DNA from: an uncultured Gemmataceae bacterium | GTDB taxonomy: Bacteria > Planctomycetota > Planctomycetia > Gemmatales > Gemmataceae | Reading direction: 5' to 3' | NCBI GenBank assembly: GCA_963750165.1 | Contig: CAVVPN010000011.1 | Location: 1,856,001-1,920,000 of the forward strand | DNA length: 64,000 nt | Part shown: positions 9,880 through 19,822 of the stretch, in pieces | How positions within the stretch are numbered: position 1 is the stretch's first letter | Layout: each line of letters starts with the position of its first letter | The notes under the pieces: generated by a model | The model's database searches: none | Told to the model about the DNA's origin: nothing | The model's input: the letters and a program-made list of their open reading frames with translations, nothing else | Translations under genes and position numbers: made by a program

Positions 9880-10644
9880 TCAAAGAACGAACCGCTCCCA
9901 CGTCAGCAGCGCCGCCGCGGCCCCCACGATGACGGCGAACCCGGCCACGTCGCGCCGCCGGGTCCGGAAGTCCGTCAGCGTGCGGAAGCGGCCATCGAAG
10001 CCGCGACAGCGCATGGCCTGGCCGACCCGCTCCGCCCGTTCGCCACCGCGCACCAGCAGCGTGCCGGTGATCTGGCCCAGGGTGCGGTAACTGTGCAGGT
10101 CGCCGCGCGGCCGGTAGCCGCGCAGCCGCAGGGCGATCCGCAGTCGGCGGAATTCGTCCAGCAACAGGAACAGGTAGCGGTAACTCAGCGCGATCAGTTG
10201 CACGAGCAGCCCGGGCACGCCGACCGCGTGGGCCGCCTTGAAGGTCGCCTCCGGCGGCGCGGTCACCCACAGCACCAGCAGCAGGCTGACGACTGCCAGC
10301 GACTTGAGCACGATGACCACTGCCTGGAGCAACCCGGCGGGCGACACGGCCACCGGGCCGAGCCGCCACGGCTCCTCGCCGGGCCGGGCGGAGAACGGCA
10401 GCAGCACCACGAAGAGCGCCAGGAAGACGGCCACCGCGGTCAGGCGCAGGAGAACCCAGCGCGGCGGCAGCCGGCCGAGCGCCACGAGAGCGCCGGCGCC
10501 GGCGAGCGCGGCCAGGGCGGCGGGCCAGGTGCGCAGGACGCAGACGAGGCCGGCGGCGAGCAGCAGAGCGACCAGCTTCCAGCGGGGGTCGAGCAGGGAC
10601 AGCGGCGACGGGGGCACGCCGGGATGGTCGAAAGCCAGTGTCAT
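9880..10644 (-). CDS. cbiQ: ECF transporter T component (CbiQ)
   Basis: LDPRWKL, SYRYLFLL, LRLRGY, AERVGQAMRCRGFDG; adjacent to the ATPase. Confidence 0.9.
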   Translation of the reverse strand: MTLAFDHPGVPPSPLSLLDPRWKLVALLLAAGLVCVLRTWPAALAALAGAGALVALGRLPPRWVLLRLTAVAVFLALFVVLLPFSARPGEEPWRLGPVAVSPAGLLQAVVIVLKSLAVVSLLLVLWVTAPPEATFKAAHAVGVPGLLVQLIALSYRYLFLLLDEFRRLRIALRLRGYRPRGDLHSYRTLGQITGTLLVRGGERAERVGQAMRCRGFDGRFRTLTDFRTRRRDVAGFAVIVGAAAALLTWERFVL

Positions 10645-10714
10645 GGCGGCAAGGGGAAAGAAAAACCCCCGCCGGCGGCGGCGGGGGCAGGGGGAACCGG
10701 GAGCCCGGTCGCGT

Positions 10715-10933
10715 TCAGCGACGGTGGCCGGGGGAGTGCGTGCCCGACTGGGCGTTCATCTCGGCGTGCAGTTCCCGTTCAGCCTCAAGCCAGTCCTGCT
10801 TGTCATTGCCATGCGGCCGGCCGCGCTTGCACCATTTTTCGAACGCGCGCATGGCAATCTTCTCATGCGGCACCTTGACCGTGCTGACGCTGGCGGTCGG
10901 CGGGCTGTGGGACGGGGTGGCAATTCTGGACAT
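10715..10933 (-). CDS. DUF2934-domain small protein
   Basis: HEKIAMRAFEKWCKRGRPHGNDKQDWLEAERE; AAGGAGG RBS; GC hairpin plus T-run downstream. Confidence 0.85.
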   Translation of the reverse strand: MSRIATPSHSPPTASVSTVKVPHEKIAMRAFEKWCKRGRPHGNDKQDWLEAERELHAEMNAQSGTHSPGHRR

Positions 10934-11230
10934 GTGCAGTCCTCCTTGAAATTGGAAGCAGTCGGGCCCTATGCCCTAACAACTAGCCATTGCATCATAT
11001 TCGGCGGCGATTCGCAAGCAGTTTCCTGGCAAAAGTGAAAAATGCGCTCCCGCATCGGTACAAACGAACAGAAAGGCCGAACGCCAGCAAGGGGATGTCC
11101 GAGCCCGAGCGCCAGCGCGGGGCCAAGCCTGCCCCGCGCTGGCGCTCGGGCTCCGACTTTACCGCTGGCACCCAGTTTGCACTCCATTCCTGGGTCTATC
11201 GACTCGTTCAGGCAAAGGAGGACGCCAACC

Positions 11231-11956
11231 ATGCAGTACGTTGACGAACGCTATCACTTGCGGGTGGACATCACCAGCCGTAACGGCAGCGTGCCGGAGG
11301 ACCAGCTGACGCGGATGCAGCGCTCGCTGGAGCCGCTGGGCCAGGTCGTGGCGGAATATCCCGACCCGGAACTGCGCTTCACCGTCATCCACCACGCCGC
11401 CAGCGGCAAGCATCACGTTGAGGGTCGGTTACGGCTGCCAGGCCGCACGCTGTTCGCCGCCGACCGCGACGACTACCTGGACACGGCCTTCCAGCGCTGC
11501 GTCGGCAAACTGACCCGCCTGGCCGGCGCCTACCAACCGCCCGCCGCCGGGGCCGCGCACGACCGCACGACCCTGGACCGCGACATCGTGGCCCCGGAGG
11601 ATTCCGCCGCCGGGCCGCTCGGCGCCGCCGTGCAGGCCGGCGACTTCCGCCGCTTCCGCACACTGCTGGGCGGTTACGAGGAATGGCTGCGCAAGCGCGT
11701 CGGCCGCTGGGTGCAGCGCTATCCCGCCCTCGAGGCCCGGCTCAACCGCGATCTGGGCATCGCCGACCTGGTCGATGAGGTCTACCTGAACGCCTTCGAA
11801 CAGTTCACCGCCCGGCCGACCGACGTCCGCCTCAGCGACTGGCTCGACGGTCTGCTCGACCCCTCGCTGAAGACGTTGCAGGCCCACCCCGCCGAGGAGA
11901 AGGAGAACATCAACATGGCCCGGACGCTGCTGGAAACGCAGTTACCGCGCAGCTGA
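11231..11956 (+). CDS. HPF/RaiA-like domain fused to a sigma-70 region-2-like domain
   Basis: N-term HVEGRLRLPGRTLFAADRDDYLDTAFQRCVGKL; C-term GDFRRFRTLLGGYEEWL...DLVDEVYLNAF...LSDWL; AAGGAGG RBS. Confidence 0.7.
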   Translation: MQYVDERYHLRVDITSRNGSVPEDQLTRMQRSLEPLGQVVAEYPDPELRFTVIHHAASGKHHVEGRLRLPGRTLFAADRDDYLDTAFQRCVGKLTRLAGAYQPPAAGAAHDRTTLDRDIVAPEDSAAGPLGAAVQAGDFRRFRTLLGGYEEWLRKRVGRWVQRYPALEARLNRDLGIADLVDEVYLNAFEQFTARPTDVRLSDWLDGLLDPSLKTLQAHPAEEKENINMARTLLETQLPRS

Positions 11957-12024
11957 CGATTGCTTTTCGCCCGTCAGCGACATAGCCTGTCTCTGGTAAC
12001 ACCTGGTCCCGGAGGATTCAGATC

Positions 12025-12981
12025 ATGGTTCGGTTCTTCACAGTAGTGTTGGCGGCGCTGGTGCCGCTGTGCCTGGTCATGGCCCAGGCGCCCGGCGGCA
12101 AGCAGGGCGACAAGGAGTTCAAGGTCGAGGGCAAGCTGACCAAGGACGACCCGAAGGACAAGCTGCTCAAGAACAGCCCGAGCAAGGAGTACGACTACAA
12201 GATGAAGTCGAGCACGATCTACGTGATCGACCTCAAAAGCAAGGACTTCGACGCTGTGCTCCGGCTGGAGAACCCGCAGGGCAAGCAGGTGGCCGTCAAC
12301 GACGATGCCCCGGGTGAGAAGACCCTGAACTCGCGCATCGTCTACAAAGCCCCCGCCGACGGCACCTACAAGATTTTCGCCACCTGCCTGAAAGGCGAGA
12401 CGGGCGACTTCGTGCTGACCGTGCGTCGGGGCAACGAGGACGACCTGGGCAAGTACGACCCGCACTACAAGCTGGTCGGCAAACCGGCCCCGGACATCGT
12501 CGGCGCCTTCACGGTGAACGGCCGAACGAAGAAGCTGTCCGACCTCAAGGGCAAGGTCGTGCTGGTCGATTTCTGGGCGGTCTGGTGCGGCCCCTGCATC
12601 GCTACCTTCCCGCACCTGCGGGAGTGGTACAAGGAATACCACAAGGACGGCTTTGAGATCCTGGGCGCGACCACCTACTATGAGCAGCTGACGTTCGACA
12701 AGGAGAAGGGCAACGTCAAGAAGGCGGACATGAACCTGACTGCCGAGCAGGAGCACGCCATGATCAAGGACTTCGCCGAGCACCACAAGCTGCCCTACCA
12801 GCTCATGGTGCTGAGCCAGGACGGCATGAAAAAGGTGGGCGACGAATACGGCGTGCGCGGCATCCCACAGGCAGTGCTGATCGACCGCCAGGGCGTCATC
12901 CGCATGATCCGCGTCGGCTCCGGTGAGGAGAACGCCGCCGCCCTCCAGGAAGAGATTCGCAAGCTGCTTAGGCAAAAATAA
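12025..12981 (+). CDS. Exported TlpA-family thiol:disulfide oxidoreductase with N-terminal PPC-like domain
   Basis: Signal peptide; YVIDLKSKDFDAVLRLE...NDD; KGKVVLVDFWAVWCGPC; YGVRGIP. Confidence 0.9.
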   Translation: MVRFFTVVLAALVPLCLVMAQAPGGKQGDKEFKVEGKLTKDDPKDKLLKNSPSKEYDYKMKSSTIYVIDLKSKDFDAVLRLENPQGKQVAVNDDAPGEKTLNSRIVYKAPADGTYKIFATCLKGETGDFVLTVRRGNEDDLGKYDPHYKLVGKPAPDIVGAFTVNGRTKKLSDLKGKVVLVDFWAVWCGPCIATFPHLREWYKEYHKDGFEILGATTYYEQLTFDKEKGNVKKADMNLTAEQEHAMIKDFAEHHKLPYQLMVLSQDGMKKVGDEYGVRGIPQAVLIDRQGVIRMIRVGSGEENAAALQEEIRKLLRQK

Positions 12982-13123
12982 CGGCCCGGTGCCACTGAGC
13001 GGCCCCGCCCGGATTCACTCCGGGCGGGGCCGCGTGCTTTTGGGTCGCGCCCAAAATCTTGATGCGATCCACCACCTGTCGGTTTATCATGGAGGTGTTT
13101 CGATAACCCGCAGGAGGTGCCCC

Positions 13124-14608
13124 GTGTCGCGTCTTCCCGCTGCCCTTGCCGTCGTCACCCTGCTGTGCGCCGCTGCCGCCGTGTCCGCCGAGCCGCCGCT
13201 GCGTGAAGTCGTTCACCAATCGCCGGTGCAGGCGCTGGCGTGGTCGGCCGACGGCAAACTGCTGGCGACCGGCAGCACCGACGGCGTTGTCCGCGTCACC
13301 GAGTCGGCCACCGGCAAGGAGCGACTCCGCTTCACCAACCAGGGCCCCGTCAAGGCACTGGCGTTCTCGCCGGACGGCAGTCGTCTGTGCGTCAAGACGA
13401 CGGCCGGCGCCCTGGCCCTGTACGAGACCGCCAAGGGGCAGCGCACCGGCATGATTTCGCTGGGCAATTTTCATGCGTACCACCTGGCGTTCTCGCCGGA
13501 CGGCACCCGTCTGGTGGCGGCGGGCGTGGGTGAGTACCTCATCTGGAACCACACCAAGGGCGGCGCCAGCGGCAGTCGCTGGGGCAACATCCCCGATGGC
13601 TACGCGGCGGTGTCACCCGATGGCCGCGTCTCTGCCTGGGCCCGGCTGGACGGCGCCATGCAGATCTTCGACGTGGAGGCCCGCCAGTACCGCACCCTGA
13701 AAGTCGGCCCCTCGACAGCGCTGGCGTTCGGCCCGGAGGCCCGGCTGATGGCCGTCGCCGCCAGGGACAAAAGCGTCCGCCTGTGGGAGTTCGGCCGCGA
13801 CCGCGAACTGCTCAAGCTGGAGGGGCTGACGGAGCCGGCCCGACTGCTCGCCTTCTCAGGCAACGGCAAGACGCTGGCGGCCGCCGGCGCCACGGATCCG
13901 GTGATCCGGGTCTGGGACGTGGACACGGGCCGGCTGCGGCGGCACGTGACCGGCAACCGCGAGGCGGTGACGGCGCTGGCGCTGGCGCCGGACGGCCGTT
14001 CCCTGGCCGTGGCGGGTGCCGGCAACAAGGCACTGGTGTGGAACGTGGCCCTGCGTGAGGTGGTCCGCCCCAACCCGCCGCTGATGCTGGCCGACAAGGA
14101 GATGCAATCGCTCTGGGGGGCGCTGGCGCAGACCGACTACGCGGCGGCGGACGAGGCGTACCAGCGGTTGGCGGCGGCCGGCGACCGGGCGGTGCCGTTC
14201 CTGAAACTGCGGCTGCGCGCGGTGGCAGTGCCGCCGGTCGATTACCAGCGCATCGATAAGCTGGTGAAGGACCTGGACTCGCCGCGTTTCGTGGTGCGCG
14301 ACCGGGCCTCGGCGGAGCTGGCGAAATACGGCGAGTTGGCGGAGAACGCGCTGCGGAAGTTTCTGACACAGAAGCCGGGCCTGGAGCCGCAGCGGCGGGC
14401 GGAGAAGTTGCTAGAGCGCCTGGTCGATCCGCCGCTGACGCCGGAGCGGCTGCGGGCGCTGGAGGCGCTGGCGCTGCTGGAGTCGCTGGCGACACCGGCG
14501 GCGCGGCAGGCGTTGGAGGAAGTCGGCCGTGATGCGCTGCTCCCGTTGCTGCGCCTGGAGGCGTTGGCGGCGCTGGGGCGGCTCAAGGCGGCGAAGGCGA
14601 CACCCTGA
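13124..14608 (+). CDS. WD40 beta-propeller protein with helical C-terminal domain
   Basis: Repeats VQALAWSADGKLLATG, LAFSPDG, VIRVWDV; GTG start after AGGAGGT. Confidence 0.85.
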   Translation: MSRLPAALAVVTLLCAAAAVSAEPPLREVVHQSPVQALAWSADGKLLATGSTDGVVRVTESATGKERLRFTNQGPVKALAFSPDGSRLCVKTTAGALALYETAKGQRTGMISLGNFHAYHLAFSPDGTRLVAAGVGEYLIWNHTKGGASGSRWGNIPDGYAAVSPDGRVSAWARLDGAMQIFDVEARQYRTLKVGPSTALAFGPEARLMAVAARDKSVRLWEFGRDRELLKLEGLTEPARLLAFSGNGKTLAAAGATDPVIRVWDVDTGRLRRHVTGNREAVTALALAPDGRSLAVAGAGNKALVWNVALREVVRPNPPLMLADKEMQSLWGALAQTDYAAADEAYQRLAAAGDRAVPFLKLRLRAVAVPPVDYQRIDKLVKDLDSPRFVVRDRASAELAKYGELAENALRKFLTQKPGLEPQRRAEKLLERLVDPPLTPERLRALEALALLESLATPAARQALEEVGRDALLPLLRLEALAALGRLKAAKATP

Positions 14609-14623
14609 CTGGGGAGACGACAC

Positions 14624-15262
14624 ATGGCGTTCGGGTCTTTCAAGAACCTCGAAGAGGTTGTCGTCACTTACAAGATCACCTTGCAGTCGGCGCCGTTCAT
14701 CCAGCCGCTGCCGCAGCCGGTCCCCGAGGGGTTCCGCAAGCGACTGGAATTATTGCTGGCGAAGGCTCCGGTACGTGCGTCGGAAGAGGCCATCTGTGAG
14801 TTCCTCATTTCCCCCATCCTGCAGGAGGTTTGGCTGCCCTTCATTGACGCGCTAAACATGTGGAGCCATGTCGCCTTGACCCTTGACGAGACCCTGACTG
14901 GGTTCCCGGACTTCTTTTTCGCGAAACGTTCGCCGCTCGGTCCGGTGCGCGATCGGCCGTTTGTTCTGTTCGTGGAAGCCAAGAAGGACGATTTTGACGC
15001 CGGTTGGGGGCAATGCCTGGCGGCCATGCTCGCCGCCCAGCAACTCAACCAGGAACCGAATCAGATGATTTTCGGGGGCGTGTCCAACGGGACCGTTTGG
15101 TATTTCGGCAAACTGGAGGGCACGACGCTGACGCAGGACCCGCGGCCTTTCTCGGTGGCGCACCTGGAGGAGCTGTTCGGAGCACTGCACTACGTCTTTG
15201 AACAGGCGAGCCAACTGGCGCTGGCGGCCTCCCCGTCTTCGGTGAAGCCGGCCGCTACATGA
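14624..15262 (+). CDS. Hypothetical protein, PD-(D/E)xK nuclease-like
   Basis: LTGFPDFF...FVEAKKDDFDAGWGQC...GGVSNGTVWYFG. Confidence 0.7.
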   Translation: MAFGSFKNLEEVVVTYKITLQSAPFIQPLPQPVPEGFRKRLELLLAKAPVRASEEAICEFLISPILQEVWLPFIDALNMWSHVALTLDETLTGFPDFFFAKRSPLGPVRDRPFVLFVEAKKDDFDAGWGQCLAAMLAAQQLNQEPNQMIFGGVSNGTVWYFGKLEGTTLTQDPRPFSVAHLEELFGALHYVFEQASQLALAASPSSVKPAAT

Positions 15263-15893
15263 GCTTTTTCGCCTTGCCCTTGACCGCCGCCTTGAGGTCA
15301 CCCTGCAGCAGCGGCGGCAGCTTGAATTGCAGCCCGGGGAACAGGCCCGGCTCGAACCACACATCGCCGCTGACCTCGGTGCGGCAATCGAAGCGGTCGT
15401 TGACGAGCTGATATTCTTCGAGCACCGGGCGGTCGGGATCGGGTTCGATTGTCCAGTACCAGGACACGCCGTAGCGCTCGTAGTCCGAAAATTTGCGGCC
15501 GCGGATTTTGGGGCGGTCACTCGCGGACAGGATTTCAACGCACAGGTCCGCCGGCCCAAGCATGCGCCCGCGCTGGAGGCGATCGAGGTGTTCCTTGGTG
15601 AGGAACAACACGTCGGGGGCGTAGACCAAATCCTTGAGTTCGTCCAGCACCATGTCAATGTCGTACGACACTTTGCCCAGGTCCAGCGCCCGCGTCCAGC
15701 GCTTCAGCATCTCACCCAGGTCATGTGCCAGATCCTGATGTTGGTCTGTCGGGCGTGGGCACACGACGCGCTCTCCGTAAATGAGTTCGGTCTTGACTTC
15801 GTCCACCGGGCCAGCGAGGTACTCGCGCACGGTGACATGCTTGCGCTTCGGTTGGGCTTTGGCTTTGGCCTTCGAGTCGGGAACGGTCGCCAT
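15255..15893 (-). CDS. Uma2-family endonuclease
   Basis: ELIYGE...HQ...APDVLF...ADLCVEILSASD...KFSDYERYGVSWYWTIEP. Confidence 0.9.
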   Translation of the reverse strand: MATVPDSKAKAKAQPKRKHVTVREYLAGPVDEVKTELIYGERVVCPRPTDQHQDLAHDLGEMLKRWTRALDLGKVSYDIDMVLDELKDLVYAPDVLFLTKEHLDRLQRGRMLGPADLCVEILSASDRPKIRGRKFSDYERYGVSWYWTIEPDPDRPVLEEYQLVNDRFDCRTEVSGDVWFEPGLFPGLQFKLPPLLQGDLKAAVKGKAKKLM

Positions 15894-15917
15894 GGGATCA
15901 CCTCCTTGTCCGGCGCG

Positions 15918-17378
15918 TTATAACGGCGGCCGCCGCGTGTGCCAGTCGGTGGCGCGCTCGAACATGCGGGCGACGCGCAGCAGTTTCTCCTCCGCGAACG
16001 GCGCCGCCAGCAATTGCAGGCCGATCGGCAGCCCCGCCTGCGTGAAGCCGCACGGCACGCTCACGCCCGGCAGTCCCGCCAGGTTGCCGCTGATCGTGTA
16101 GATGTCCGACAGGTACATCGCCAGTGGGTCCGCCGCACGTTCGCCGATTTTGAACGCCGCGGTCGGCGAGGTCGGCCCCGCGATCACGTCACACTCCGCG
16201 AACGCCCGGTCGAAGTCGTCCTTGATGAGCCGCCGCACCTTCAGCGCTTTCAGGTAATAGGCATCCTTGTAGCCGCTGGACAGCGCATAGGTGCCGAGCA
16301 TGATCCGCCGCTTGACCTCGGCCCCGAAGCCCTCGCCGCGGCTGCGGCAGTACATGTCCACAAGGTTGTCGTACTGCGCGGCGCGGTGGCCGAAGTGAAC
16401 GCCGTCGTAGCGGGCCAAATTGCTCGACGCCTCGGCGGTCGCCACCAGGTAATAGGCCGCCACTGCGTACGGGCTGTGCGGCAGCGACACCTCCTTGACC
16501 GTCACGCCCAGGCCGCGGTACACCTGCAGCGCCTCACGCACCGCCCGCTCCACTTCTGCGTCGAGACCAGCGCCGAAGTGCTCGCGGACCACGCCGACCG
16601 TCAGCGGCTTGACCGGCTCCTCGACGGCCTGCGCATAGGGCGGCACGGGGCGGTCCACGCTGGTGCTGTCGCGGCGGTTGTGGCCGGCGATCACGCCCAG
16701 CAGCAGGGCGGCGTCCGTCACGTCATGGCCGAAGGGGCCGATCTGGTCGAGCGAACTGGCGTAGGCGATCAGGCCGTAGCGCGAGACGCGGCCATAGGTC
16801 GGCTTCAGGCCGACGACGCCGCACAGCGCCGCCGGCTGGCGGATCGAGCCGCCCGTGTCGGTGCCCAGCGCCAGCGGCGCCATGCACGCCGCCACCGCCG
16901 CCGCCGAGCCACCGCTGCTGCCGCCGGGGATGCGCTCCAGGTCCCACGGATTGCGCGTCACCTTGTAAGCGCTGTTCTCCGTGGACGAGCCCATCGCGAA
17001 CTCATCGAGGTTCGTCTTGCCGATCAGCACCGCGTCGGCTGCTTGCAGCTTGGTGATGACGTGCGCGTCGTAGGGGGGCCGGAAGTGTTGCAGCATTTTG
17101 CTGCCGCAGGTGGTCGGCTGGCCGCGGACGCAGAGCACGTCCTTGATGGCGACCGGCACGCCCGCCAGCGGTCCCAGCGGTTCGCCGGCCCGGCGCTTCT
17201 CGTCCACGACCACGGCCTGGTCGAGTGCCCGCCGCTCCTCGACGAGCAGGAACGCCTGCACGCGCGGCTCGCGCTCGCGGATACTTTGCAGGAAGGCGGC
17301 GGTCAGCGCCTGGGAAGTGATCTCGCCGCGCGACAGCAGCGACAGCAGTTCGCCGGCAGTGCGTTCGATGAGCTTCAT
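15918..17378 (-). CDS. gatA: Asp/Glu-tRNA amidotransferase subunit A
   Basis: [53 protein letters not shown]. Confidence 0.97.
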   Translation of the reverse strand: MKLIERTAGELLSLLSRGEITSQALTAAFLQSIREREPRVQAFLLVEERRALDQAVVVDEKRRAGEPLGPLAGVPVAIKDVLCVRGQPTTCGSKMLQHFRPPYDAHVITKLQAADAVLIGKTNLDEFAMGSSTENSAYKVTRNPWDLERIPGGSSGGSAAAVAACMAPLALGTDTGGSIRQPAALCGVVGLKPTYGRVSRYGLIAYASSLDQIGPFGHDVTDAALLLGVIAGHNRRDSTSVDRPVPPYAQAVEEPVKPLTVGVVREHFGAGLDAEVERAVREALQVYRGLGVTVKEVSLPHSPYAVAAYYLVATAEASSNLARYDGVHFGHRAAQYDNLVDMYCRSRGEGFGAEVKRRIMLGTYALSSGYKDAYYLKALKVRRLIKDDFDRAFAECDVIAGPTSPTAAFKIGERAADPLAMYLSDIYTISGNLAGLPGVSVPCGFTQAGLPIGLQLLAAPFAEEKLLRVARMFERATDWHTRRPPL

Positions 17379-17386
17379 TGATTTGA

Positions 17387-17453
17387 AGGGATGAGGGATG
17401 AGGGATGAGGGATGAAAAAAGCCCCTCATCCCTCATCCCTCATCCCTCATCCC
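17387..17453. repeat. Inverted heptamer arrays (GGGATGA)n/(TCATCCC)n between gatC and gatA
   Basis: About four units per arm around an A-rich loop; contains the gatC stop codon. Confidence 0.85.
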
Positions 17454-17737
17454 TCCAGAACGGCCGGCACCGCGTAATAGTCGCCGCGCCGCGCCGGTGC
17501 GTTGGCCAGCGCCTCGTCCACCGGCAGCGACGGCGCCGGCTCGTCGGCGCGGAAGACGTTCTCGACCGGCAGCGGGTGGGCCAGCGGTTCGACGCCGTCG
17601 GTGTTGACCTGCTGCAACTGCTGCACGTAGTCCAGGATCGCGCTCAGCTGGCGTGCCATGACGGCCAACTCGGCGTCGCTCAGCTGCAGTCGCGCCAGGT
17701 GCGCGACCGCCCGGACCTCGGCTTCACTCAGGGTCAT
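17447..17737 (-). CDS. gatC: Asp/Glu-tRNA amidotransferase subunit C
   Basis: VAHLARL...ILDYVQQL...VEPLAHP...NVFRADE...NAP...VPAVL. Confidence 0.95.
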   Translation of the reverse strand: MTLSEAEVRAVAHLARLQLSDAELAVMARQLSAILDYVQQLQQVNTDGVEPLAHPLPVENVFRADEPAPSLPVDEALANAPARRGDYYAVPAVLEG

Positions 17738-17742
17738 GGCGG

Positions 17743-18006
17743 TTACACCGTGGGCATGGTGAACGGCTTGCGCTTCACGGGCCGCTGCACCAAACCGCTG
17801 CGGATGGCACGCACACAGACGCGCACCGTCTTGACCGTGCCGTTCTCGTCGATGATCTTGATGCGCTGCAGGTTCGGCTTGAAGCGCCGGATCGATTTGC
17901 CGGTCACCTTGCGCCCGACGCCGCCCAGGTACTTCGCCTTGCCACGCCGCGAATACTTATTGCCCTTGGCCGGCTTCTTGCCGGTGATCGCACACTGCAT
18001 GGTCAT
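17743..18006 (-). CDS. rpmB: 50S ribosomal protein L28
   Basis: CAITGKKP..GN...RRFKPNLQ...VRVCVRAIRSG. Confidence 0.95.
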   Translation of the reverse strand: MTMQCAITGKKPAKGNKYSRRGKAKYLGGVGRKVTGKSIRRFKPNLQRIKIIDENGTVKTVRVCVRAIRSGLVQRPVKRKPFTMPTV

Positions 18007-18190
18007 GACCGAATCCCCACAGGAACCTCAATTCCAAAACCCTCATTGTAGCGGCCGCCGACCACCTGACAAGACGACTGACGCACTCACCCAGAGCCGT
18101 CGAGCGGCGCGGCGTCAGCCTGGAGCGGTTCACGCACGGTTTGCACATACGTGGGCGGGCAGGCACGGGTTGACCACCAGCGGCCTGCAC

Positions 18191-18370
18191 TGCCACAGCA
18201 AGGGGGCCAAGGAGGCCAAGGGGGCCAGCTTTTTCATACGTCGAGAATTGGCGCCCTGGCTCCGTGCGGCTGGCAAGGCGCGACACCAAACGGCGGCGGT
18301 TGCCACAGCAAGGACGCCAAGAACGCCAAGAACGCCAACTTTTTCACACGTCGAGAATCGCCGCCTGGCA
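18191..18370 (+). repeat. Two imperfect ~70-bp direct repeats with internal 9-mer triplets; related copy at 1186-1225
   Basis: tgccacagcaagggggccaaggaggccaagggggccagctttttcatacgtcgagaat (from 18191) vs tgccacagcaaggacgccaagaacgccaagaacgccaactttttcacacgtcgagaat (from 18301). Confidence 0.85.
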
Positions 18371-18429
18371 GCGCCGGCCTGCCGTTCGTGGTCCACGCCA
18401 CTGGGAACCGCACTCGAGCGGTTCCCAGT

Positions 18430-18499
18430 TGGGTGTAGCGGAAGTCGCCAGACTTCCGTCCGGTGCTGCTCGGAAGTCTGGCGACTTCCGCTACACCCA
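18430..18499. repeat. GTAG-type REP doublet (REPIN-like), 29-bp perfect stem
   Basis: tgggtgtagcggaagtcgccagacttccg-N12-cggaagtctggcgacttccgctacaccca. Confidence 0.85.
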
Positions 18500-18513
18500 T
18501 TCGCAATCTGCAA

Positions 18514-18658
18514 TAATGCCCCTCAGTTAAGGTTTTTTCGGCGGTAGCGACGGGCGCCGAAAAATCGGCGCTCGCCGCCAAGTCAATGCGTCTGTGGAGG
18601 TTGCAGCAAAACTGCCCGCCACTGTAATTTCCCTATAATCCTTAACTGACGGGCATTA
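18514..18658. mobile_element. 145-bp MITE with IS4-like terminal inverted repeats
   Basis: Left TAATGCCCCTCAGTTAAGG; right end reverse-complement TAATGCCCGTCAGTTAAGG (18/19 match). Resembles the TAATGCC..TCAGTTAAG ends of IS4. Confidence 0.8.
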
Positions 18659-18712
18659 GGCTGACGCTGCGCCGCTCGCCCCGGGTGTTCTCTCTTTCTC
18701 ACGGGCTCACTC

Positions 18713-19726
18713 ATGGACACCACCCCTCTGTTGACGATGGAACAGCACATCCTCCAGCAGCAGCGCCGCAAGCACCCGGAGGCGACTGGTGAATTTTCCT
18801 GGGTGCTGTCGGGCATCACGTTGTCGGCCAAGATGATTTCGGCTCAGGTCCGCCGCGCCGGCCTGGTGGGCATCCTCGGCAGCGCCGGCGGCAGCAACGT
18901 CCAGGGCGAGACGGTGCAAAAGCTGGACGTGTTCGCCAACCAGGCGCTGCTGCACTGCCTGGGCCGTCGCGGTTGCGTCGCTGTCATGGCGTCGGAGGAG
19001 AACGAGGAGCCGATCGTCGTGCCGTGGGACCGCCGGCAGGGCCGTTACGTCGTCGTCTTCGACCCGCTGGACGGTTCCAGCAACATTGATGTGAACGTCA
19101 GCGTCGGCACCATCTTCGCCATCCTCGGCCGCGACCCGGACGAGACCGGCACCCGCGACCCGCTCGGCGACGTGCTGCAGTGCGGCCTGAAGCAACTCGC
19201 CGCGGGTTACATTGTCTACGGCTCCTCGACGGTGCTGGTCTACACCGCCGGCGAGGGCGTCTTCGCCTTCACGCTCGACCCGAACATTGGCGCGTTCGTC
19301 ATCTGCCACGAGCACATCACCATGCCGCCGGCCGGCAACCTGTACTCGGTCAACGAGGCGAACGCCGACACGTTCCCGCTGGCTTTCCGCACGTTCCTGG
19401 CCCAGCTGCGGGCCGGCCAGCTGGGGCGGACGTACTCGTCGCGCTACATCGGTTCGCTGGTGGCGGATTTTCACCGCACGCTGCTCAAGGGCGGCGTGTT
19501 CCTGTATCCGCCAACGCGGCAGTACCCCGGCGGCAAACTGCGGCTGCTGTACGAGGCCAATCCGATCGCGCTGATCGCGGAGCAGGCTGGCGGCGTCGCC
19601 ACGGACGGCCGCGGTCGCATCCTGGAGATCGCGCCGACGAGCCTGCACCAGCGCGTGCCGCTGCTGGTTGGCAGCCGAGCGGAGATGGAGTTGCTGATGC
19701 GGTTGCTGCGCGATGAAGACGGTTGA
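18713..19726 (+). CDS. fbp: Class 1 fructose-1,6-bisphosphatase
   Basis: QKLDVFAN, SEE, FDPLDGSSNIDVNVSVGTIF, RYIGSLVADFHRTLLKGG, KLRLLYEANP. Confidence 0.97.
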   Translation: MDTTPLLTMEQHILQQQRRKHPEATGEFSWVLSGITLSAKMISAQVRRAGLVGILGSAGGSNVQGETVQKLDVFANQALLHCLGRRGCVAVMASEENEEPIVVPWDRRQGRYVVVFDPLDGSSNIDVNVSVGTIFAILGRDPDETGTRDPLGDVLQCGLKQLAAGYIVYGSSTVLVYTAGEGVFAFTLDPNIGAFVICHEHITMPPAGNLYSVNEANADTFPLAFRTFLAQLRAGQLGRTYSSRYIGSLVADFHRTLLKGGVFLYPPTRQYPGGKLRLLYEANPIALIAEQAGGVATDGRGRILEIAPTSLHQRVPLLVGSRAEMELLMRLLRDEDG

Positions 19727-19822
19727 ACCGCCGTCGGCCGCGGCGTGTCCCAACCTGGAGGCGGTCGCGCACGGCCGCTATACTGGGAGGGGGCAACGAT
19801 TTTCACGAAGGGCGGGCCGGAC

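Noticed and set aside
14624..15893. Convergent PD-(D/E)xK-like and Uma2 genes as a restriction or TA system
   Set aside because: They are on opposite strands with no methylase or antitoxin; such genes are usually scattered singletons.
15918..18006. gatC-gatA without gatB
   Set aside because: An unlinked gatB is common and not informative.
18191..18370. Direct repeats as a possible CRISPR array
   Set aside because: Only two long, imperfect copies, no regular repeat-spacer series and no cas genes.
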